DNA of 64,000 nucleotides, from positions 99,944,001 to 100,008,000 of the forward strand of contig OZ024743.1 of the NCBI GenBank assembly GCA_964016885.1. Direction: 5' to 3'. Below are positions 53,153-64,000 of the stretch, in pieces. This DNA is from Eledone cirrhosa (taxonomy: Eukaryota). Position 1 is the first letter of the stretch, and each line of letters starts with the position of its first letter. Both the position numbers and the translations under genes were made by a program. Under the pieces are notes generated by a model. That model had not been told where the DNA came from. It saw only the letters and a program-made list of their open reading frames with translations, and searched no databases.

Positions 53153-53156
<4 letters not shown>
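49671..53156 (+). mobile_element. Naiad-type Penelope-like retroelement with inverted terminal repeat (49805-50055 versus 52928-53156), inserted in (TA)n
   Basis: RT plus GIY-YIG ORF flanked by an inverted copy of its own 3' UTR; (TA)n on both sides. Confidence 0.9.
50061..52423 (+). pseudogene. PLE (Naiad clade) reverse transcriptase plus C-terminal GIY-YIG endonuclease, disrupted
   Basis: Motifs SLKNIPIP, RRVRWK, ADKT, LKDHK, RLIYPSKSDIGKISK, QFDI, FDITMG, GIYRDD, NFLDATL, SNHP, IWYNP, KHFP, CNC-x5-C, LVYQC..YIGATE..FKARW..H, CRLC, CNH; stops at 50241 and 50753 and several frameshifts. Confidence 0.92.
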
Positions 53157-53194
<38 letters not shown>

Positions 53195-53196
<2 letters not shown>

Positions 53197-53493
53197 CTCC
53201 AGTTCCCCAGTGAATTAACAACCCAACAAGGAACTGGGCATATCAGAGTATTGACAATATTATGTACTTGTCTATACCATACTAATTCAAACTGCCTGAA
53301 GAGGTCACAGCCAAAGAATGCTGTCACTGAAATATATATAGCAGTAATAAACGAAGCTAAATTCTAATCATTTGACTTTTATTTAACTTTATTTTACACT
53401 ACTCCGGAGTAACCAAACCAACCTGCGCACTTCGTCGAGTGCTCCAGCCTGCATACTGAGGTGTTGGTATACAACCAACATAAACTCAAAATC
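53195..53493 (+). mobile_element. PLE-like pLTR or 3'-end fragment between (TA)n tracts
   Basis: Contains an intact hammerhead followed directly by AATAAA; no similarity seen to the adjacent Naiad UTR. Confidence 0.65.
53291..53345 (+). ncRNA. Minimal type I hammerhead ribozyme with intact core
   Basis: ACTGC-CTGAAGA-GGTcACAGC(caaagaat)GCTGTcACT-GAAA-TATATA-TA-GCAGT. Confidence 0.88.
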
Positions 53494-53771
53494 TATATAT
53501 ATATATAACGGCAATGAATTAGTTTTGCGAGGTTTTTTATATGAAATCGTGTGTCGAAACAAATATTGTTATACTTGGGGAGGGTCATATTTGTGTAATA
53601 TTGACAGAATTAATAACAGAACACACTCACTGTTTGGTTGGTTTTCGCTTTTCGCTTCTGTGTCTTTTATATCGGTAATCTAATATATTCGGTCCTCAAT
53701 GTTGCCATTGACTGACCGACGGTCAAAAATAATACAGATACAATATAGACACAAACACATATATATAGTTT

Positions 53772-53813
53772 ATCATAAATCTTTCGTTGCACATCTGCAA
53801 CATCGTCAGTGGT
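53772..53813 (-). ncRNA. Minimal hammerhead ribozyme overlapping the PLE stop codon
   Basis: ACCA-CTGACGA-tGTTGCA gatg TGCAAC-GAAA-GATT-TA-TGAT; stem I is imperfect. Confidence 0.7.
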
Positions 53814-54118
53814 GCCATTGTTTCCTCCCGTTACATTGTATGTCTACGCTATTTTTATTTAGTCTGTCTATATATTTATTTATTATTCTAATTTCTATGT
53901 TGTCTATGTTACCGTCGTGTTGTTGTCTGGCATGTTCGTATAGTACTGACCCGTTTTTTCGTCCTTTTAGTTCCCCCCAGTGTTGGTCTATCCTTTCACC
54001 TACGCTACAAGCTGTCTCACCTATGTATGTTGTTGTCATGTTTCTGCAAGTACCCTCTGCAAGTACCTTATGCTATAGACTACGTTTCTAGTTTTACAGT
54101 TTCTAGTTTTACAGTCCC
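53806..54118 (-). pseudogene. GIY-YIG endonuclease C-terminal fragment of a PLE
   Basis: CKTRNVVYSI / frameshift / TCRNMTTTYIGETACSVGERIDQHW...SVLYEHARQQH; contains small tandem duplications. Confidence 0.85.
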
Positions 54119-54292
54119 CCCAACACTGGGGGGAACTAAAAGGACGAAAAAACGGGTCAGTACTATACGAACATGCCAGACAACAACACGACGGTAACAT
54201 AGACAACATAGAAATTAGAATAATAAATAAATATATAGACAGACTAAATAAAAATGGCGTAGACATACAATGTAACGGGAGGAAACAATAGC

Positions 54293-54334
54293 ACCACTGA
54301 CGATGTTGCAGATGTGCAACGAAAGATTTATGAT
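54293..54334 (+). ncRNA. Minimal hammerhead ribozyme, mirror of 53772-53813
   Basis: Same motif in the right arm. Confidence 0.7.
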
Positions 54335-54535
54335 AAACTATATATATGTGTTTGTGTCTATATTGTATCTGTATTATTTTTGACCGTCGGTCAGTCAATG
54401 GCAACATTGAGGACCGAATAAATTAGATTACCGATATAAAAGACACAGAAGCGAAAAGCGAAAACCAACCAAACAGTGAGTGTGTTCTGTTATTAATTCT
54501 GTCAATATTATACAAATATGACCCTCCCCAAGTAT

Positions 54536-54606
<71 letters not shown>

Positions 54607-54613
<7 letters not shown>

Positions 54614-54662
54614 GGAAGCAGAAAATTGCTTATTGTGATCCAGTTCGTGGTTAAGAAAGCCA
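54607..54662 (-). mobile_element. 56-bp terminal fragment of the Naiad element
   Basis: Identical to 49671-49726 and likewise directly follows (TA)n. Confidence 0.85.
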
Positions 54663-55060
54663 GGTATTCATATATATATATATGAATACATATTTATAAC
54701 TTTCTCAAAACAATCCTAGCCACATATCTCACAATAATTTATAAAAACTATTTTTATGAATATTTATAACTTCTCTACGAAATGTTGCAAGTAAAAACCA
54801 TGTAGAACTACTGTTCTACACCAAGTTACTAAGCTAGTTCTAGTTCAAACATGTGATGTCCATGACATTTTTTTTATTAGTGATGCAGATAAATCATTCC
54901 TAAATGATATGAAAGAGATGCAGTGATAGAGATGAGAGAATAAGTCTGGTGTTATGTTAGTATATTGACTCAGAAATAGATGTGTGGCACATTTCTCTCA
55001 ATAAATTCGTTATTACTATTTACTCTTGAATTGTTATTCATAATTGTGATATTTATATAT

Positions 55061-55449
55061 ATCATCATCATCATCATCATCATTTTACGTCCGCTTTTCC
55101 CTGCTTGCAAGGGTGGGATGAGAACTGATTCTGGCTTGATTTCTACAGCTGGATGCCCTTCCTAACACCAACCTCATTTACAGTGAGTGCTGGATGCTTT
55201 TTTTTCCGTGGTGCCTACACGTCCACTTTACAGTGTGGGCTGGGTGCTTTTTTTGCCGTGGCACCTCTACGACCACTTTGCAGTGGAATGATAGGAACCC
55301 CAGTCGTTATCATCTCATTCCTACAGCTGAGTAAACTTGAGCAATGTGAAATAAAGTGTCTTGCTCAAGGAAACAACACATCACCCGGTCTGAGAATTGA
55401 ACTCACAACCTTTCGATTGCAATGCTCTAACCACTAAGCCATGTGCCTC
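55061..55449 (-). mobile_element. tRNA-derived SINE family 2 with RTE tail
   Basis: Homologous to 5877-6215, with an extra internal duplication of about 50 bp. Confidence 0.9.
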
Positions 55450-55517
55450 CATTATATATATATATAAGAGACGTAAAATAAGAAAATTATAAAATTAACT
55501 TACTTACTAAAATATCA

Positions 55518-55597
55518 CTTCCAACTAATTAGTTTCTGGAATGGAGTAAATATATTTTCCGAAGAAGATATAGAGAAGCATTCCGTCGTCAGGAAAG
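55518..55597 (-). ncRNA. Hammerhead ribozyme, mirror copy with core CTGACGA
   Basis: Reverse complement of 55910-55989, differing at the variable core position N7. Confidence 0.7.
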
Positions 55598-55909
55598 TCT
55601 ATTCTCATTTAAGTTTCCAGGCAAAGCGAGGACTCTGGAAACTTATTAAAAAATAATTCAGTGAATAGGAAATAACAAAGCGTGGACTGAATAGCAAAGC
55701 AGGCCGCCGTCTTATTAGCAAACCACTTTCCACTGATTGACCTCGATGTCACGTGTTCGATTCTTTTTGAATTTGCCACAGACGCAGAGGCAGTGATTTT
55801 CTCAATGGCTAGGAATTCAGTCCACGCTTTGCTATTTCCTATTCACTGAATTATTTTTTAATAAGTTTCCAGAGTCCTCGCTTTGCCTGGAAACTTAAAT
55901 GAGAATAGA

Positions 55910-55989
55910 CTTTCCTGAAGACGGAATGCTTCTCTATATCTTCTTCGGAAAATATATTTACTCCATTCCAGAAACTAATTAGTTGGAAG
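55910..55989 (+). ncRNA. Hammerhead ribozyme with a long loop 2
   Basis: CTTTC-CTGAAGA-cGGAATG..35 nt..CATTCCa-GAAA-CTAATTAG-TT-GGAAG; palindromic 8-nt helix III. Confidence 0.72.
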
Positions 55990-56162
55990 TGATATTTTAG
56001 TAAGTAAGTTAATTTTATAATTTTCTTATTTTACGTCTCTTATATTATTGTTCTGCAACCCCATGCATTGAACCACAATGTTATTAAGACAAAACCTATA
56101 TATTTGCTAGCATTGATATGCATCTGTATGTATATATATGTTACTAGATATGAATTCTTTAT

Positions 56163-56326
<164 letters not shown>

Positions 56327-56534
56327 GTGTGTGTGTATGTGTATGTGTGTGTGTGAGGATGGGAGTTGTGGTGAGTACCGTGATATAAAATATAAGCGCC
56401 ATTAATACAACTGGTTGTAACCTGGCATTGCCTGGGTGCTAAATAGGAAGAAGAATCTTCTTTTTCTCTGTTAAACTTAAATTACTTATTAACAGTTATT
56501 ATGAAGTTGTTTAGATATATACTGATTAGTACAC

Positions 56535-59500
56535 ATAGTTTTGGTGACACAGACACAGTGTTGGTAACACAGACACAGTGTTGGTGACACAGACAGTGTT
56601 GGTGACACAGACACAGTGTTGGTGACACAGACAGTGTTGGTGACACAGACACAGTGTTGGTGACACAGACACACAGTGTTGGTGACACAGACATAGTGCT
56701 GGTGACACAGACATAGTGTTGGTGACACAGACGCAGTGTAGGTGACACAAACACACAGTGTTGGTGACAAAGACACAGTGTTGGTGACACAGACATAGTG
56801 TTGGTGACACAGACAGTGTTGGTGACACAGACACAGTATTGGTGACACAGACAGTGTTGGTGACACAGACACACAGTGTTGATGAGACAAACATGGTTTT
56901 GGTGACACAGACAGTGTTGGTGACACGGTCACACAGTGTTGGTGGCACAGACACAGTGTTGGTAACACAGACAGAGTTGGTGACACAGACAGTGTTGGTG
57001 ACACAGACACAGTGTTGGTGACACAGACACAGTATTGGTGACACAGACAGTGTTGGTGACACAGACACACAGTGTTGATGAGACAAACATGGTTTTGGTG
57101 ACACAGACAGTGTTGGTGACACGGTCACACAGTGTTGGTGGCACAGACACAGTGTTAGTGACACAGACAGAGTTGGTGACACAGACAGTGTTGGTGACAC
57201 AGACACAGTGTTGGTGACACAGACAGTGTTGGTGACACAGACACAGTGTTGGTGACACAGACACACAGTGTTGGTGACACAGACATAGTGCTGGTGACAC
57301 AGACATAGTGTTGGTGACACAGACACAGTGTAGGTGACACAAACACACAGTGTTGGTGACAAAGACACAGTGTTGGTGACACAGACATAGTGTTGGTGAC
57401 ACAGACAGTGTTGGTGACACAGACACAGTATTGGTGACACAGACAGTGTTGGTGACACAGACACAGTATTGGTGACACAGACAGTGTTGGTGACACAGAC
57501 ACACAGTGTTGGTGAGACAGACACAGTGTTGGTGACACAGACATATTGTTGGTGACTGACACAGACAGTGTTGTTGACACATACATAGTGTTGGTGCCAC
57601 GGTCACACAGTGTTGGTGACACAGACAGAGTTGGTGACACAGACACAGTGTTGGTGAAACAGACACAGTGTTGGTGACACAGACAGTGTTGGTGACACAG
57701 ACATAGTGTTGGTGACACAGACATAGTGTTGGTGACACAGACAGAGTTGGTCACATACACATAGTGTTGGTGACACAGACAGTGTTGGTGACACAGACAC
57801 AGTGCTGGTGACGCAGACAGTGTAGGTGACACAGACATGGTGTTGGTGACACTGACATAGTGTTGGTGACACAGACAGTGTTGGTGACACAGACACAGTG
57901 TTGGTCACGCAGACAGTGTTGGTGACACAGACACAGTGTTGGTGAAACAGACACAGTGTTGGTGACACAGACAGTGTTGGTGACACAGACATAGTGTTGG
58001 TGACACAGACATAGTGTTGGTGACACAGACAGTGTTGGTGACACAGACACAGTGTTGGTGAAACAGACACAGTGTTGGTGACACAGACAGTGTTGGTGAC
58101 ACAGACATAGTGTTGGTGACACAGACATAGTGTTGGTGACACAGACAGAGTTGGTCACATACACATAGTGTTGGTGACACAAACAGTGTTGGTGACACAG
58201 ACACAGTGCTGGTGTCACAGACAGTGTAGGTGACACAGACATGGTGTTGGTGACACTGACATAGTGTTGGTGTCACTGACATAGTGCTGGTGACACAGAC
58301 ATAGTGTTGGTGACACAGACAGTGTTGGTGACACACACATAGTGTTGGTGACACAGACAGTGTTGGTGACACAGACACAGTGTTGGAGACACAGACAGTG
58401 TTGCTGACACATACATAGTGTTGCTGAAACAGACAGTGTTGGTGACACAGACACAGTGTTGGTGTCACGGACACACAGTATTGGTGACACAGACATAGTG
58501 TTGGTGACACAGACAGTGTTGGTGACACAGACAGTGTTATGACACAGACACAGTGTTGGTGACACAGACAGTGTTGGTGACACAGACACAGTGTTGGTGA
58601 CGCAGACACAGTGTTGGTGTCACGGACACACAGTATTGGTGACACAGACATAGTGTTGGTGACACAGACAGTGTTGGTGACACAGACAGTGTTATGACAC
58701 AGACACAGTGTTGGTGACACAGACAGTGTTGGTGAAACAGACACAGTGTTGGTGACACAGACAGTGTTGGTGACACAGACAATGTTGGCGGACATAGATA
58801 TAGTGTTGGTGACACAGACAGTGTTGGTGACACAGACATAGTGTTGGTGACACAGACATAGTGTTGGTGACACAGACACAGTTTGGTGACACAGATAGTG
58901 TTGGTGACACAGACACAGTGCTGGTGACACAGACAGTGTAGGTGACACAGACATGGTGTTGGTGACACTGACATAGTGTTGGTGACACAGACAGTGTTGG
59001 TGACACAGACACAGTGTTGGTCACGCAGACAGTGTTGGTGACACAGACATAGTGTTGGTGACACAGACGCAGTGTTGGTGACACAGATAGTGTTGGTGAC
59101 ACAGACACTGTTGGTGAAACACACACAGTGTTCGTGACACAGACAGTTTTGGTGACACAGACAGTGTTGGTGACACAGACAGTGTTGGTGACACAGACAT
59201 AGTGTTGGTGACACAGACAGTGTTGGTGACACAGACAGTGTTGGTGACACAGACTATGTTGGTGACACAGACACAGTGTTGGTGACACAGACAGTGTTGG
59301 TGACACAGACAGTGTTGGTGACACAGACAGTGTTGGTGACACAGACAGTGTTGGTGACACAGACACAGTGTTGGTGACACAGACACAGTGTTGGTGACAC
59401 AGACACAGTGTTGGTGACACAGACATAATGTTGGTGACACAGATACAGTGTTGGTGACACAGACATAGTTTGGTGACACAGACAGTGTTGGTGACAGAGA

Positions 59501-62092
59501 CACAGTGTTGGTGACAGAGACACAGTGTTGGTGACACAGACAGTGTTGGTGACACAGACATAGTGTTGGGTGACACAGACACAGTGTTGGTGACACAGAT
59601 ACAGACACAGTGTTGGTGACACAGACACAGTGTTGGTGATACAGCCAGTGTTCGTGACACAGACACAGTGTTGGTGACAAAGACAATGTTGGTGACACAG
59701 ACATAGTGTTGGTGACATAGACATAGTGTTGGTGACTCAGACACAGTGTTGGTGACACAGACGCAGTGTTGGTGACACAGACTGTGTTGGTGACAGAGAC
59801 ACAGTGTTCGTGACACAGACAATGTTGGTGACACAGACATAGTGTTGGTGACACAGACATAGTGTTGGTGACTCAGACACAGTGTTGGTGACACAGACGC
59901 AGTGTTGGTGACACAGACTGTGTTGGTGACTCAGACACAGTGTTGGTGACACAGACGCGGTGTTGGTGACATAGACATAGTGTTAGTGACACAGACACAG
60001 TGTTGGTGACACAGACAGTGTTGGTGACAGAGACACAGTGTTGATAACACAGACATAGTGTTGGTGACACAGACAGTGTTGGTGACACTGACATAGTGTT
60101 GGTGACACTGACAGTGTTGGTGACACAGACACACAGTGTTGGTGACATAGACACACTGTTGGTGACACAGACACAGTGTTGGTGAGACAGACATAGTGTT
60201 GTTGACACAGACAGTGTTGGTGACACAGATAGTTTTGGTGACACAGATACACAGTGTTGGTGACACAGACACAGTGTTGGTGACACAGACAGTGTTGGTG
60301 ACACAGACACAGTGTTGGTGAAACAGACACAGTGTTGGTGACACAGACAGTGTTGGCCACACAGTCACACTGTTGGTGACACTGACATAGTGTTTGTGAC
60401 ACAGGCATAGTGTTGGTGACACAGACAGTGTTGGTGACACAGACACAGTGTTGGTGACACAGATACAGTGTTGGTGACACAGACATAGTGTTGGTGACAC
60501 AGACAGTGTTGGTGACACAGACTGTGTTGGTGACACAGACACAGTATTGGTGACACAGTCACAGTGTTGGTGACACTGACATATTTTTGGTGACACAGAC
60601 ACGGTGTTGGTGACACAGACATAGTGTTGGTGACACAGACAGTGTTGGTGACACAGACAGTGTAGGTGACACAGACATGGTGTTGGTGACACTGACACAG
60701 TGTTGGTGACACAGACACAGTGTTGGTGACACAGACATAGTGTTGGTGACACAGACAGTGTTGGTGACACAGACTGTGTTGGTGACACAGACACAGTATT
60801 GGTGACACAGTCACAGTGTTGGTGACACTGACATATTTTTGGTGACACAGACACGGTGTTGGTGACACAGACATAGTGTTGGTGACACAGACAGTGTTGG
60901 TGACACAGACAGTGTAGGTGACACAGACATGGTGTTGGTGACACTGACACAGTATTGGTGACACAGACAGTGTTGGTGACACTGACATATTTTTGGTGAC
61001 GCAGAGATAGTGTTGGTGACTCAGACACAGTGTTGGTGACACAGACGCAGTGTTGGTGACATAGACATAGTGTTAGTGACACAGACACAGTGTTGGTGAC
61101 ACAGACAGTGTTGGTGACACAGACTGTGTTGGTGACAGAGACACAGTGTTGATGACACAGACATAGTGTTGGTGACACAGACAGTGTTGGTGACACTGAC
61201 ATAGTGTTGGTGACACTGACAGTGTTGGTGACACAGACACACAGTGTTGGTGACATAGACACACTGTTGGTGACACAGACACAGTGTTGGTGAGACAGAC
61301 ATAGTGTTGTTGACACAGACAGTGTTGGTGACACAGATAGTTTTGGTGACACAGATACACAGTGTTGGTGACACAGACACAGTGTTGGTGACACAGACAG
61401 TGTTGGCGACACAGTCACAGTGTTGGTGACACTGACATAGTGTTTCTGACACAGGCATAGTGTTGGTGACACAGACAGTGTTGGTGACACAGACACAGTG
61501 TTGGTGACACAGACACAGTGTTGGTGACACAGACATAGTGTTGGTGACACAGACAGTGTTGGTGACACAGACTGTGTTGGTGACACAGACACAGTATTGG
61601 TGACACAGTCACAGTGTTGATGACACTGACATATTTTTGGTGACACAGACACGGTGTTGGTGACACAGACATAGTGTTGGTGACACAGACAGTGTTGGTG
61701 ACACAGACAGTGTAGGTGACACAGACATGGTGTTGGTGACACTGACACAGTATTGGTGACACAGACAGTGTTGGTGACACTGACATATTTTTGGTGACAC
61801 AGACATAGTGTTGGTGACACAGACATAGTGTTGGTGACACAGATAGTGTTGATGACACAGACACAGTGCTGATGACACAGACACACAGTGTTGGTGACAC
61901 AGACACAGTGTTGGTGATACAGACAATGTTGGTGACACAGACATAGTGTTGGTGATACAGACAGTGTTGGTGACACAGACATAGTGTTGGTGACACAGAC
62001 AGTGTTGGTGACACAGACATAGTGTTGGTGACACAGAGAGTTTTGGTGACACAGACATAGTGTTGGTGACACAGACATAGTGTTGGTGACAC
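56535..62092. repeat. 18/20/22-bp satellite agtgttggtgacacagac(ac)0-2, about 5.5 kb
   Basis: Units vary by AC dinucleotides; grades into a CA-rich microsatellite at 62092-62318. Confidence 0.97.
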
Positions 62093-62479
62093 ACACACAT
62101 AATCACACACACATACACAGACACATAATCACACACACACATAATCACACATACACACACACATACACATAATCACACATACACGCACACACACATACAT
62201 ACACACACACAGACACATAATCACACACACATACACATACACAGACACATAATCACACACATACAGACACATACAGACACACACACACACAGACACATAA
62301 TCACACACACATACACAAAGAGGTGAGTGAAAATGTGGAAGTCAGAGAGAGAAAGAGAGAGATAAGGGAATAATGACAGAGCCAAAATTATTTAAGGGAG
62401 ATTCGAAAAGAAAGATAACTTCTGCTTTAGAGAATCATTTTTTTGTTGTTGTCATTTTGTCCTGTTTTTAATATTTTAC

Positions 62480-62625
62480 GACCCTTTACAATCTGAATTC
62501 AAATCCTGCCAAGGATCATCCTTGTGGGGTCGATAAAATAAAGTACCTGTAATGCACTGGGATTTAATAGACTTTCCCCTCCCCCAAAATTGCTGACCTT
62601 GTGCCTAAATCAGAAGCCAATATTC
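62480..62625 (+). mobile_element. SINE family 1 copy
   Basis: gaattcaaatcctgcc...ggggtcgataaaataaagtacc...cttgtgcctaaat. Confidence 0.8.
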
Positions 62626-63500
62626 TCCTTCTCATCTGTTCTACTCCAACTGTATTAAAACTTTCAGTCTTTCTCCAGTTACTTTCTTACAACCCTTTTT
62701 ACCCCGGAGGTGACTGGGATTTGGAATTTATATTGTTCCTGGAATATTCTGGGATGGAACTGCCAAGTTTCGCGAATATTCTTAGAGAAATGGCAACATT
62801 GTTTTGAAACACACAAATGTTATGCTTATTATATACATGTACGATCAGTTTTACATTCATTTTAGCATGCTGGCATGGGTTTGAGGAAGAATTTCCTTTT
62901 TGGATGCCCTTCCTGACACCTCTTGCTTGTTTAAGTTAGGAATTGATTTTCACAAGTCAAAACCCTGAGCAGAAAGATCTCTTTTTACATATCACCACCT
63001 GTAAATGGGAAAAGAAGAGATAAACACAGAGACAGATACATATATACAGATACATGTGTGTATGCAGTGGCGGACTGGCTAGGTTGCCAGGTTGCCCAAT
63101 GGTAGCATCACAGGGGCCCACAGTAGCATTACAGGGGCCACTGTAGTATTTTAGAGGCCAATGCTTTGCTTTCAAAAAATACCTGAAATCTAAGAGAAAG
63201 AATAAAATTATTAAAAAGATAAATCTAACTGACATGCAAAAACCTATATATAGGAATAAGGTAAGCCCAAATCATAGTAGATTCAAATATCACAGAGAGA
63301 AAGAGAGAATGAGATGGTGGGGGGGAATGTGGTGCAACAGAAATGAAACATGGATTACAGGTTAAAATATAGTCTAGATATATGGGAAAACAAACGAGGA
63401 TGTAGTTTATGGAACACCCAAATGATTTAGAAGTCATCCTTAAGTAGGAGCAATAACATTAAGAAAGGTATGAACGACACCACAACACTTTGTTTTGAAA

Positions 63501-63806
63501 ATTTTGAAAGTAGGTTTATAAGTATGAATTTTCATAAGGGTTTTGTAGTTGTCTCTGTGGCTTATCGGTAAGTGCTAGAGAAGGTGGGGGTTCTGGTCTT
63601 GGGTTCAATCCTGGTCAAGAGGTACATGTAACCTTTTCAGTTTTTATTTTACAACCCATAGAAAAAACTAAAAAGGTTTACCTGGAACCCTACTAGGATT
63701 GAACTTCAGACCAGAATCACCACCATCTATGATTCTACCAACTAGGCTACAGAGACAACTATAAAAGTACAAAGAAAATTGATAATTATAAACCTACTTT
63801 CAAAAT
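63501..63806. mobile_element. Old fold-back (MITE-like) element with two convergent tRNA-like cassettes
   Basis: Termini attttgaaagtaggtttataa / ttataaacctactttcaaaat; imperfect arms of about 145 bp, each with A-box-like and B-box-like motifs. Confidence 0.75.
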
Positions 63807-64000
63807 CAAAGTTAAAAAGATGACATTCATGGCTTTCCTAGAGATATTAGTAATATTTAGGGTCAACTTGTCAATCTTCTGGCCCTTTGGTAACAACCTT
63901 ATTATTCCTATGTGTGCTTATTTGTTGAATTAATTTAATTTGATTATTTTAGCAAACAAATAATATATATATATATGTAAATATCTTTAAGTCGTTTGGA

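Larger units (their letters stand above)
53507..54543 (-). mobile_element. 5'-truncated PLE of a non-Naiad family in fold-back form; arms 53563-53986 and 54120-54543
   Basis: 424-bp inverted arms with few mismatches; 133-bp spacer; (TA)n on both sides. Confidence 0.88.
55462..56044. mobile_element. Symmetric fold-back element, arms 55462-55692 and 55815-56044, with a hammerhead in each arm
   Basis: Arms of about 230 bp differing at about 2 positions; 122-bp spacer; TATA at both ends. Confidence 0.88.

Noticed and set aside
56535-62092. RSS/Transib heptamer CACAGTG in the 20- and 22-bp units
   Set aside because: No ACAAAAACC-like nonamer at 12 or 23 bp; the heptamer is expected from CA/GT-rich composition
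56482-62160. Cys/His-rich ORFs (CLCHQH, VSPTL) as metallothionein-like or keratin-associated proteins
   Set aside because: All three minus frames are open because the satellite lacks stops, and the frames interchange with unit length
63064-63160. hAT-like MITE left end (cagtggcggactgg...ggggccc)
   Set aside because: No matching right TIR was found, so boundaries cannot be supported

Overview
AT-rich, repeat-dominated animal DNA with no convincing host protein-coding gene. The SINE and RTE families resemble those I recall from octopus genomes; that assignment is an inference. About 41 kb is three satellite arrays (49-bp, 27-bp and 18-22-bp units), and these plus microsatellites produce almost all entries in the ORF track. 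The remaining sequence holds a decayed near-full-length Naiad-type Penelope-like element (PLE; RT plus GIY-YIG, 50061-52423), a second PLE GIY-YIG fragment, RTE LINE fragments, tRNA-derived SINEs and nested MITEs. The most notable signal is a repeated architecture: (TA)n tracts carry 3' ends of several unrelated PLE-like families arranged as fold-back palindromes, and most of these contain a hammerhead ribozyme motif. In two copies the palindrome axis falls inside the ribozyme's own helices. Also notable are a telomeric (TTAGGG)n tract co-inserted with a SINE inside one target-site duplication, and a 60-bp tandem array that arose inside a piggyBac-type MITE. All motifs and alignments were read by eye.
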